DNA of 64,000 bases, from the NCBI GenBank assembly GCA_040381555.1, contig JBEIHC010000002.1:2188-66187 (forward strand), written 5' to 3'. Below are positions 17,679 through 26,023 of this stretch, piece after piece (position 1 is the stretch's first letter; the number at the start of each line of letters is the position of its first letter). This stretch comes from Bacteroidia bacterium. Its GTDB lineage: Bacteria > Bacteroidota > Bacteroidia > J057 > RFSG01. The position numbers were made by a program, and so were the translations under genes. A model generated the notes under the pieces. The model saw only the letters and a list, made by a program, of their open reading frames with translations. It ran no database searches and had not been told where the DNA came from.

Positions 17679-20096
17679 TTAAAATGTTCCCCTCAACGCC
17701 AGAATAAAATTCCGTCCAGGAGCAGAAATCCCAGAGCCATAAGGACGATACCTCAGGTTGGCAATATTTTCCACTCCTCCACTTAGAGAAATAAAAGAAT
17801 TGAAATGATAGGAAGTTTTGAAATTCCAGGTCATCCAACTTGGAAACCAAGGTTTACCCTCTGTATCTTTTGCCATCAAATATTCTGTTGTCGCTTCTCC
17901 GATGGAAAGATCTTTGTTCAGGACTTTTCCATTATATTGAATATAGACTTCTGCCATTAATTTTTTCCTTCGGTAGCTGAGCCTGCTGATGCCAAAATTC
18001 GGTGGGGTATGATTTAACCGGGAACGGCTTCCATTCGGGTAGTATTCTGTTCCTTTCATCCAGTTAAACTTTGAGGCAATCGTAAACCCTTTAGGCAGCG
18101 CAATGTCTATCCCAGCCTGAATGCCCAATACATCCCCATAACTGGTGTTGGTAATGGCTTCAACCTGACTCAGGACGCCATTGTACAGCACACTGTCTTG
18201 CCCATTGAATTGATATCTGCTTCTGGCCAAGGCATTATCCAAATAAGTGTAGAATCCGGTTACATCTACTTTTACTCTTTTGGCAATTACTTTTGCAAGC
18301 CCCAGGTCAATGTTGTAACTGTATTCCGATTTTAAATTGGGGTTGGGCACCACTACTGAGCCCGGATTTGAATCAAACACTTTTCCCATATCATCAATAT
18401 TAGGCGCTCTAAATCCCGTTGCTGTGTTCAAACTTAGCATCCAAGTTTTCTCGGGAATATAAACCGCACCTATACTTCCGGTAAGCGAACCCGAATTCAG
18501 GTAAACATCGGTGAAAGGAAATTTGAAAAAGGTAGTATCAAAAGTTGCGTTGATTCCATAATGCGAATACCTTGCCCCAGATTGAAGGGTCATCTTTTCA
18601 TTTACCTTGAAGCGATGATTCAAATATACTCCTATTGAGGTCCAGTCTGAACCATTAGGATATCTACTACTTGCAGGTCGGATAATTCCTGAATTGATAT
18701 TTTGTTGAACCCCTCTGGAATTAACCAGGTTGCGAATAAACTCAGCACCATAAAACAATTTATGTTTCTCTGAAAGGGATTTCTCTAAGTCTAAATTAGC
18801 GGACCAAGCCTCAACCTCTTCGGTACGAGTAAATCGAGTACTACCATTGAAATCTCTTTCGATGCGGCTCTCTTGGAAATATTGATGAGCTAAGGTAATT
18901 CGCAGTTTATCATATACTATTCCTTCCGAGCTATGTTCTACCATCAAATTATTCATTGCCCAGATTTGAGGTCCATATGCCCATTCTGCTGAACGAAGTC
19001 CTTGCCCTGTGGAACCTGGTCGTGTTAAGCGATCATAACGAGCATAAGAGCCTATTTGCGAATAATGAAAGGCATAGTTAATGTCCCATTTTTCCGAAGG
19101 CTTATATCGAAACTTTTGCATATAATTCCATTGATTATAGCCTGAAGGCCTTTGCACCAAAGGATCCGGATTAGTTAACAGGGTATCCTTTCCATTGATT
19201 GTGGCCGCATATTGGGGTCTTAAAAACTCATCGGGTCCAGTACTGCCTTGTCTCAAATGGTCGAAATCCGAATAAGTAAGACTGCTCAGCATGGAGAACT
19301 TTTTTCCGCCCAAAGTAAAATCAACATGTCCTGTTTTTTCAGAATTAGCAGAACTATATCGAGAGAACACATTCACCTTATCTACCAGTTTATTTGTTGA
19401 GCTCAAAATGGGTTTAAGGGTATAGAAATTCATGACCCCTCCGATGGCATCACTTCCATACATAACAGAGCCGGGGCCAAATAAGACTTCTGTTTTATCT
19501 ACTGTTAAGGCATCCAGATTAATGACATTTTGAACATTGCCGGAACGAAATATAGCGGAGTTCATTCTTACTCCATCTACTGTCAGTAATACCCTATTCG
19601 TTGCAAAACCCCGAATCATTGGGCTACCTCCTCCGAGCTGACTTTTCTGGATAAAAACATCTCCAGAAGTTCCCAATAAATCTGCGGTTGTTTGAGGGTT
19701 TTGAAGCGCAATTTGGGCAGATGTTATGGTGGTGATTTTTTGTGGCACATCTTTTTTGTCCTGTTCAAATCGGTTGGCAGAAATGACCGTAGCCTCCAGT
19801 GTGATGGGATCCGATTTTAAATAAATAATGGGCTTAGGTTGATTGAGAATCTCAGCGTAAGCGATTTCAATAGTCAAGTATCCTGCCATTTTTATTTTCA
19901 AAGGGGTAGTGCCCCGAAGGCCTGAAATATCTGCACGACCTTTGGCATCCGTCAGTATTGGAGTGGCATCTGGTGCAGCTGTTATGAGCGCGGAAGGTAT
20001 AGGGTCGAGTGAGGACTCATCCAATACCGTAATAACCTGTGATTTTGCCTGATAGAATAGACTTATCCCTATCAGAAAAAGAAATAGTTTTTTCAT
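17679..20096 (-). CDS. TonB-dependent receptor with N-terminal carboxypeptidase-regulatory-like domain
   Basis: 805 aa. Signal peptide, then a CarbopepD_reg-like region (ITVLDESSLDPIPSALI), a plug domain (SGDVFIQKSQLGGGSPMIRGF, VDGVRMN), and a C-terminal beta-barrel ending in RGTF. Confidence 0.88.
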   Translation of the reverse strand: MKKLFLFLIGISLFYQAKSQVITVLDESSLDPIPSALITAAPDATPILTDAKGRADISGLRGTTPLKIKMAGYLTIEIAYAEILNQPKPIIYLKSDPITLEATVISANRFEQDKKDVPQKITTITSAQIALQNPQTTADLLGTSGDVFIQKSQLGGGSPMIRGFATNRVLLTVDGVRMNSAIFRSGNVQNVINLDALTVDKTEVLFGPGSVMYGSDAIGGVMNFYTLKPILSSTNKLVDKVNVFSRYSSANSEKTGHVDFTLGGKKFSMLSSLTYSDFDHLRQGSTGPDEFLRPQYAATINGKDTLLTNPDPLVQRPSGYNQWNYMQKFRYKPSEKWDINYAFHYSQIGSYARYDRLTRPGSTGQGLRSAEWAYGPQIWAMNNLMVEHSSEGIVYDKLRITLAHQYFQESRIERDFNGSTRFTRTEEVEAWSANLDLEKSLSEKHKLFYGAEFIRNLVNSRGVQQNINSGIIRPASSRYPNGSDWTSIGVYLNHRFKVNEKMTLQSGARYSHYGINATFDTTFFKFPFTDVYLNSGSLTGSIGAVYIPEKTWMLSLNTATGFRAPNIDDMGKVFDSNPGSVVVPNPNLKSEYSYNIDLGLAKVIAKRVKVDVTGFYTYLDNALARSRYQFNGQDSVLYNGVLSQVEAITNTSYGDVLGIQAGIDIALPKGFTIASKFNWMKGTEYYPNGSRSRLNHTPPNFGISRLSYRRKKLMAEVYIQYNGKVLNKDLSIGEATTEYLMAKDTEGKPWFPSWMTWNFKTSYHFNSFISLSGGVENIANLRYRPYGSGISAPGRNFILALRGTF

Positions 20097-20337
20097 GTTT
20101 TGTTCAATAATAATAATGAGGGTAACAAGAAGCTATTTTCCTTTTAGTGATACAGGTTAGACACTAAAAGAGCTCCACCGAACTACTAAGCTCAGACTTT
20201 AAGTAGGCTTATTCACCCTTTACCCGAAAAGATTTTATGTTTTAGGAATTGAAGTTAAAAATACCTCATCTCCCAAATCAATAAAAGCCCAAAAGTCCCC
20301 AAGGAAAATATCCAAGGCTGCCAGATTGTTAAAATGA

Positions 20338-20895
20338 TCAGGTGATTTGTTCTGGTGGAGGATTTTCCGGGGAGCTAATCCCAGAAGTCAGATTTTCTAC
20401 AAAAGGATTGCTTTGTTCCTTTGATAAATCCAAAAGACATTGAACGATTGGGTTGGAATTAGTAAAAAACAAATTTCGGTAAAATCGAAAAGTAATTTCC
20501 TTTTGATTATGAGTGTTTTTATCTTGATTCAAGATTTTACTTACCTGGTCTTCCAGCGTTTTAAATAAGCGCGTTTCATCTTCATCCCGTATGCAGGAAA
20601 AGTAGATACTGTCTTGTTGAGCTATTTGTTTGAGTACATCATAAGCCACTCCCTGGTAGCGAAATTCATGATCATTCATCCAAGAGAGAGTTCCGGATTC
20701 CAACTCAATTTTTGAAAATCCCAACAAAGTCTGCTGACTGAGGGGTACTCCAGCCTTAATTTTTTGCTTGATTTCTTTACGGATTCTCTGCTGTTGAAGG
20801 GAAAAAAATCCCCAAGTACCTAATGCTGGTAGGCAGAAGATACCAATCAATAAGCAGGCGAATCCTTGTCTCACTTGAAGCCGAAATAGAATCAA
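20338..20895 (-). CDS. Hypothetical membrane-anchored protein
   Basis: 185-aa ORF (TTG start) with one N-terminal TM helix (CLLIGIFCLPALGTWGFFSL). No family recognised. It lies upstream of, and on the same strand as, the TonB-dependent receptor. Confidence 0.45.
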   Translation of the reverse strand: MILFRLQVRQGFACLLIGIFCLPALGTWGFFSLQQQRIRKEIKQKIKAGVPLSQQTLLGFSKIELESGTLSWMNDHEFRYQGVAYDVLKQIAQQDSIYFSCIRDEDETRLFKTLEDQVSKILNQDKNTHNQKEITFRFYRNLFFTNSNPIVQCLLDLSKEQSNPFVENLTSGISSPENPPPEQIT

Positions 20896-21035
20896 AGCTA
20901 AGAAGTTTTATAGGGTGCTGCAAGCAAGTAATTGGTTTTTTATGTTGATTTGCGGGAATCATCCGTAAAATCATCCGTAAGCCTGATCTTCATATCCTCT
21001 CGCTGGACAATCCCTCCACCCCAAATTATGGGGGG

Positions 21036-22094
21036 GTGATAGATATTCACTACCGCTTAAAGGCTTTATCTGAAGCAGGACTTCGAATTGACCTGCATGT
21101 TTGGCATAAGGGGGAAAAGCCTGACCCTGCATTTTTGCTCAACTTTGCCGAAACCGTTCATTTCTACCAGCGAAAAAAACCTTGGCAAATTTCCCGTTTC
21201 TCCCTTCCTTTTATTGTGAGTTCTCGACAGAGTACTCTTTTAGCAGAACGAATTTTAGCTGGAAATGCTCCCATTTGGTGTGAAGGAATCCATACCACCG
21301 GAGTATTGAACCAAATCACTCTATCAAAGCGAAAGGTGTTTTTAAGAGCACATAATATTGAGCAGATATATTATCGGGAGCTGGCGGAAAGAAGTCATAA
21401 TCTGCTGGAAAAAGCCTATTATAAACTTGAGTCTAATAGATTAAAAACCTATGAAGAAGGTGTTTTCCCTCTCTTCAATAAGATTTTTGCCATTTCTCCT
21501 ATTGAGCAAATTCAGATAGAGAAGTTGAATCCTCAAACAGAATTGCTGCCGGCGTTTGTACAGTATCGGCAGCAGAAAATTCGTCAGCTCCCCAAACCAG
21601 ATGCTCAGGATTTTAAGATTCTGTTTCATGGAAATTTTGAAATACAGGAGAACAGGCTGGCAGCCCAGGCTTTAATCCGTTTTATAAAAAATTATTCCCT
21701 TCCAGGTTGTGGATTAGTGTTAGCAGGAAAGGGTCTGGATTCAGCCGGTTTGGATGATACAGGCATTGAGTTTCATTCTGATCCTTCCTGGATGGACAGC
21801 ATTCTGGATACGGTTGATTTGGTGTTATTACCAGGAACTCAACTCTCAGGCGTGAAGATTAAATTATTGGAAAGTCTGGCTGCAGGAAAACGGGTAATTT
21901 GTTCCCCTCAAACCGCCATGGGTTCTGGGCTTGAATCCAAACTTATTTCCTACACTTCGGAAGAAGAATTATACCACTTAGTGCAACAGGCGAGCCAGGG
22001 ATATTTAGACCCTCAGTTTATTGAAGGTCTGGCTTTATTCCATGAACTATATAATCCTTTGAACGGCGTGAAGCAGATTGTAGAGTTATTGTAG
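21036..22094 (+). CDS. Glycosyltransferase (GT-B, family 4-like); N-terminus probably extends upstream without a canonical start
   Basis: 352 aa from the GTG at 21036. C-terminal region LLESLAAGKRVICSP. The in-frame upstream codons encode ...HILSLDNPSTPNYGG, the beta1-Gly-loop of the GT-B fold (see finding). Confidence 0.65.
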   Translation: MIDIHYRLKALSEAGLRIDLHVWHKGEKPDPAFLLNFAETVHFYQRKKPWQISRFSLPFIVSSRQSTLLAERILAGNAPIWCEGIHTTGVLNQITLSKRKVFLRAHNIEQIYYRELAERSHNLLEKAYYKLESNRLKTYEEGVFPLFNKIFAISPIEQIQIEKLNPQTELLPAFVQYRQQKIRQLPKPDAQDFKILFHGNFEIQENRLAAQALIRFIKNYSLPGCGLVLAGKGLDSAGLDDTGIEFHSDPSWMDSILDTVDLVLLPGTQLSGVKIKLLESLAAGKRVICSPQTAMGSGLESKLISYTSEEELYHLVQQASQGYLDPQFIEGLALFHELYNPLNGVKQIVELL

Positions 22095-22514
22095 AAAAAT
22101 GGGAATTGATTGAACTATGCCAAAGATCTTAACGATTGGGGCAAGACTTACAGGCTTTCCCTTTCTTGTATTTTTTACAGCATTTCTTGAGGCGAGAATT
22201 GGGTTCTGTGGAAGAAAAATAGCATTGTACCTTGCTGATGCAACGGCAATTGGGTAGAGTGCTGTTCGGTGTTTCTATTGAATAGATATCTTCCACGACA
22301 CAAATTTAATTTAGAATAAATACAGATAAGAAGATTTTTCTTGTTTTTTATATAATAAATTGATTATCAATTAAATAAATTGTTTTTCTTAGAAATATTC
22401 AAACAAAACACCTGTAAGTCTTAATTATTTTCTGATTTTCGCCCTGTGAAAAGGGAAGAAAGAAGTTCAAAATGGGGTATAGGAAAGAAAGGCTTTTATT
22501 CTTTCAACCCCTCA

Positions 22515-23054
22515 ATGGGTAAGATTAGTCTAATTCTTACCTTGTTATTCAGCATTTCCTCCTGTTCTTTGAAAGAAGAACCAGAGTTATATCTCACAGA
22601 TATTCTATCGGTAGGACAGGATTTTCGTTTGGGATTAATGCAGACTCGACCGGAACTGGAGGCGGTTGAGTTAGAATACCAGTCAGTCAAAGGGAAATCA
22701 GTTCCTGTGCCCGGGTTAAGATGGTGGAGAGGTGTTCATCGCTCTTTTTTCTTTCCTCGTGATACTGCACAATTTCAAGATCAGGGATTTTCTTTACATA
22801 CATTAGTGATGTACAATCGTCGAGAGGCATTAAAACTCTTTCAGTCATTTTGTCAAGATGAGCACTGGCAGGAATTACAAATAGTAACGCCGGGATCTCA
22901 TGTGTACCTATATCGTAATGCGGTGATACATCTGAATATCGAAGCTAGGGTTTCGGAGCAGGAGCTTCAATACTTGCATTTGATTTTGGAAAAGAGATTG
23001 GGATTGAAAAAGGGGAGCAAAGCTTGTATTTGTAAAACACAGACTAAGTCTTAA
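22515..23054 (+). CDS. Hypothetical lipoprotein
   Basis: The ATG at 22515 gives MGKISLILTLLFSISSCSL, a lipobox-like signal with Cys. No family recognised. Confidence 0.5.
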   Translation: MGKISLILTLLFSISSCSLKEEPELYLTDILSVGQDFRLGLMQTRPELEAVELEYQSVKGKSVPVPGLRWWRGVHRSFFFPRDTAQFQDQGFSLHTLVMYNRREALKLFQSFCQDEHWQELQIVTPGSHVYLYRNAVIHLNIEARVSEQELQYLHLILEKRLGLKKGSKACICKTQTKS

Positions 23055-23905
23055 AAATGAATAAAACTTTGCAAGCTGCCGGTTATATAGAGATAGAGAT
23101 AAACGACTGGCAGAGAAAGTAGAAATCCATCAAAGCGATCTAATAAGCCCCCATGTCCAGGAAGTAATCCTCCAGAATCTTTTACTTCCAAAGCTCTTTT
23201 GAGTCGGGATTCTACCAAATCGCCTAAAGGACAGGTAATAGCTATAATCAATCCAATTGCCCTCCAGTCGATTAAGCTAATAGGCCAAAACTCTTGTAAA
23301 ACCAAGGCCAAAACAAGCGTACAAATAAATCCTCCAACTGCACCTTCAATGGTTTTAGATGGACTCACAGAGGGCATCAATTTTCTTTTTCCCATCAAGC
23401 GGCCTGCCACATAAGCTAAAGTATCGCTGCACCAAACCAGCAGCAAAATTCCGAGTGGAATATAGAAATTATAATTCCCGGTAAAATCATAAGAGAGTCT
23501 ATAAAACAAAGCAAAAGGAAGAAAGACATAGACACCGGAAAAATTAAGTAAAGCTAAGGTTTGAAAAGGCTGGTCAATAGAGGAATCAAAAAGAATCAGC
23601 ATCATACTGAGCACCAAACCACCGAGTATTCCACATAAAACCCAAGTGCTCATTTCTTGCGGATGGGGATGAAACAAAAAGGAAATCCAAACAATTAGGG
23701 CGGGCAAGAGTGCGGGAATCAGAAGGGTTTTAGACTTATCCAATCCGCTCAGTTTTAGAAATTCATAAATTCCTGCCAGAGTAAGAAGAGTACAAAAGAG
23801 CCAAAAAGAGTTCCAGGAAAAATAGACCATGCCCAAAACCAGCGGTACAGCGACACTTGCAGTCAGAATTCTGAATAGCAGATTTTTTTCAGTTTTTAGA
23901 TTCAT
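23051..23905 (-). CDS. cdsA: Phosphatidate cytidylyltransferase (CDP-diglyceride synthase)
   Basis: 284 aa, multi-TM. C-terminal signature SRLKRALEVKDSGGLLPGHGGLLDRFD. Confidence 0.88.
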   Translation of the reverse strand: MNLKTEKNLLFRILTASVAVPLVLGMVYFSWNSFWLFCTLLTLAGIYEFLKLSGLDKSKTLLIPALLPALIVWISFLFHPHPQEMSTWVLCGILGGLVLSMMLILFDSSIDQPFQTLALLNFSGVYVFLPFALFYRLSYDFTGNYNFYIPLGILLLVWCSDTLAYVAGRLMGKRKLMPSVSPSKTIEGAVGGFICTLVLALVLQEFWPISLIDWRAIGLIIAITCPLGDLVESRLKRALEVKDSGGLLPGHGGLLDRFDGFLLSLPVVYLYLYITGSLQSFIHF

Positions 23906-24806
23906 AAGATAGGTGGAAATAAAAATGCTTTCTTAGGAGAATAAAGATAAAAACAAATGCAACAATTGTGGGCAAAACGATAAACCAAGGAAAGAATTCT
24001 CCAGAATCGACGGCTGTTGAGGCAGTAAAATCCATCAAAACCAGGCTACTGGCATTAAAAACAAAATGTCCCCAAATGGCAGCTAACAGATTACCACTCC
24101 AATAAACCAAATATCCAAATAGCACTCCCAAAAAGAAGCGGGCAAAGAAACCATAAATCTGAAAATGAATCAGGCTAAAAATCAAACCGGTAATCCAAAT
24201 GGCTTGAATCGGGCCCCATTTTTTAGTGAAATAATATTGCATGGCTCCGCGAAAAAACAGCTCCTCACAAACTGCAGGTAGGCCAGCAAAAACCAAGAAC
24301 TGAACAAATTTGGGGATGCCTGATTCTTTCTGCGTGAGGGTCAGGAGTAATCGTTCCGCCTCCGCTTCCGGCTCTTCCAGCATTTTTTCAAGAGATTGAA
24401 GATATTCTGGCAATTTAAAACTGGCAGCATCCCAACTAATCATTGGTATTAATGGGATAGATAAAAGTATTAGAAGGGTGATGAGCAGAATGGAGACAGG
24501 TTGAATCTTCCGATGGGGTACTACTTGGGACAGTTCTTGAGAGAATAGGCCACAAAGAATAGCGGCTAATCCAAACCCAAAAACTTGATTCCCTGCCTGC
24601 ATGAGAATAATCCAAGCTGCTTCAGTTGGGTCACCTCCTTTTACAGAGAGGAGTAGTTCTTGCAGGTCTTTCCCTTCTTGTTGTAAAATAATTTGCAAAA
24701 CACCTTGGGCCAAGAACATCCCAATCAGGAAAACAAAAAACAGTAATCCTAACCTATTTAGAAAGGGGAAAGAACTTTGATTCGAGATATCTGGGTAGTC
24801 CTTCAT
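23889..24806 (-). CDS. CPBP family intramembrane glutamic endopeptidase (CAAX protease-like)
   Basis: 305 aa, multi-TM. Motifs EELFFRG and FSLIH......H. Overlaps cdsA by 17 nt. Confidence 0.75.
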   Translation of the reverse strand: MKDYPDISNQSSFPFLNRLGLLFFVFLIGMFLAQGVLQIILQQEGKDLQELLLSVKGGDPTEAAWIILMQAGNQVFGFGLAAILCGLFSQELSQVVPHRKIQPVSILLITLLILLSIPLIPMISWDAASFKLPEYLQSLEKMLEEPEAEAERLLLTLTQKESGIPKFVQFLVFAGLPAVCEELFFRGAMQYYFTKKWGPIQAIWITGLIFSLIHFQIYGFFARFFLGVLFGYLVYWSGNLLAAIWGHFVFNASSLVLMDFTASTAVDSGEFFPWFIVLPTIVAFVFIFILLRKHFYFHLSYESKN

Positions 24807-24890
24807 TTTGTGTAAATTTACGCTGAGTTTTTGAAGGAATACCCGAAAGGGAGAGATCCTTTCAAAGATGTAGTTTCCCTAAAAAGAATA

Positions 24891-25889
24891 ATGGTCAAAA
24901 TTGGAAATGTAGAAGTAGGGGATTTTCCGCTCATGCTGGCTCCCATGGAGGATGTGAGTGACCCTCCATTTCGCTTAATTTGCAAGGAGTTAGGGGCTGA
25001 TGTTCTGTACACTGAGTTTATTTCTTCGGAAGGTTTAATTCGGGATGCGGTGAAGAGCGTGCAGAAGTTGGATATTTATCCTCAAGAAAGACCTGTTGGT
25101 ATTCAAATATTTGGAAACAATATAGAATCCATGGAAGAGGCTGCTCGTTATGTTGAGCGGGCTAACCCAGAGTTTTTGGATATAAATTACGGTTGTCCTG
25201 TAAAGGCAGTGGCCTGCAAAGGAGCAGGAGCGGGTATTTTGAAGGATATCCCGAAGATGGTTGCCATGACCAAAGCCATTGTGGATGCGGTCCAGATTCC
25301 GGTAACAGTGAAAACACGACTCGGTTGGGATGAAGCGTCTATAAATATTCCGGAAGTAGCATTGAGGCTTCAGGATATTGGTATTCAGGCGCTGACCATT
25401 CATGCCCGCACCCGAGTTCAGATGTATAAGGGGGTAGCGGATTGGTCTTGGATTCAAAAAGTAAAAAACCAGCCTGAATTTATTATTCCTCTTTTTGGAA
25501 ATGGGGATATAGATTCACCGGAAAAGGCTTTGGAATATCGGAATAAGTATGGGGTTGATGGTATTATGATTGGGCGCGCAGCTATTGGCAATCCTTGGAT
25601 ATTCAATCAAATAAAACATTTTTTTAAAACGGGGGAACACCTCGCCCCTCCTAGCATAGAAGAAAGAGTAAGAGTGAGTCGGCAGCATTTGACTCATTCA
25701 GTTGCCTGGAAGGGAGAAAAATTGGGCATTTTCGAAATGCGCCGGCATTACACGAATTATTTTCGTAACCTCCCTGATTTTAAAGAGCTCAGAATGAAGC
25801 TTGTAGGTAGTGAGCAACTGGAAGAATTGATGGAAACCTTGCAGGAAGTTGAAAAGCGGTATTCCGGATTCTCCTTACATCCGGCTTAG
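24891..25889 (+). CDS. dusB: tRNA-dihydrouridine synthase
   Basis: LAPMEDVSDPPFR, DINYGCPV, and the TVKTRLGW and HARTR motifs. The ATG at 24891 is preferred over the TTG at 24831. Confidence 0.88.
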   Translation: MVKIGNVEVGDFPLMLAPMEDVSDPPFRLICKELGADVLYTEFISSEGLIRDAVKSVQKLDIYPQERPVGIQIFGNNIESMEEAARYVERANPEFLDINYGCPVKAVACKGAGAGILKDIPKMVAMTKAIVDAVQIPVTVKTRLGWDEASINIPEVALRLQDIGIQALTIHARTRVQMYKGVADWSWIQKVKNQPEFIIPLFGNGDIDSPEKALEYRNKYGVDGIMIGRAAIGNPWIFNQIKHFFKTGEHLAPPSIEERVRVSRQHLTHSVAWKGEKLGIFEMRRHYTNYFRNLPDFKELRMKLVGSEQLEELMETLQEVEKRYSGFSLHPA

Positions 25890-26023
25890 ACTTGGGGTAA
25901 AAACCTTCGGAAATCTTTTCATAAAAACATTTATTTGTCCATTAACCCACGATTTCCCCGGGAAAAACTTATTTTTTTTGTATTTTTATGGTTCGATTCT
26001 GAAAACACTTTTGCCTGATACTC

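Noticed and set aside
20097-20337. Riboswitch (TPP or cobalamin) in the 240-nt leader of the TonB-dependent receptor
   Set aside because: The minus strand contains GGGTG, CTGAG and AACCTG fragments reminiscent of a THI element. However, the P4/P5 region (ACCTGATCTGGATAATGCCAGCG) and the pairing partners are missing, and there is no B12 box (GCCACTG). The resemblance is too weak to call.
21028-21039. Phase-variable poly-G switch (ATG followed by G7) controlling the glycosyltransferase
   Set aside because: ATG GGG GGG TGA is out of frame, and a G8 variant would put this ATG in frame. However, the current G7 length already keeps the long upstream frame (…NYGGV…) continuous with the conserved N-terminal strand. 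The tract therefore reads more simply as Gly-Gly codons. It is mentioned in the finding but not claimed as a switch.
25035-25457. 140-aa minus-strand ORF
   Set aside because: Antisense to dusB, which has strong family motifs. Arg/Asn/His-rich composition is typical of a shadow frame.
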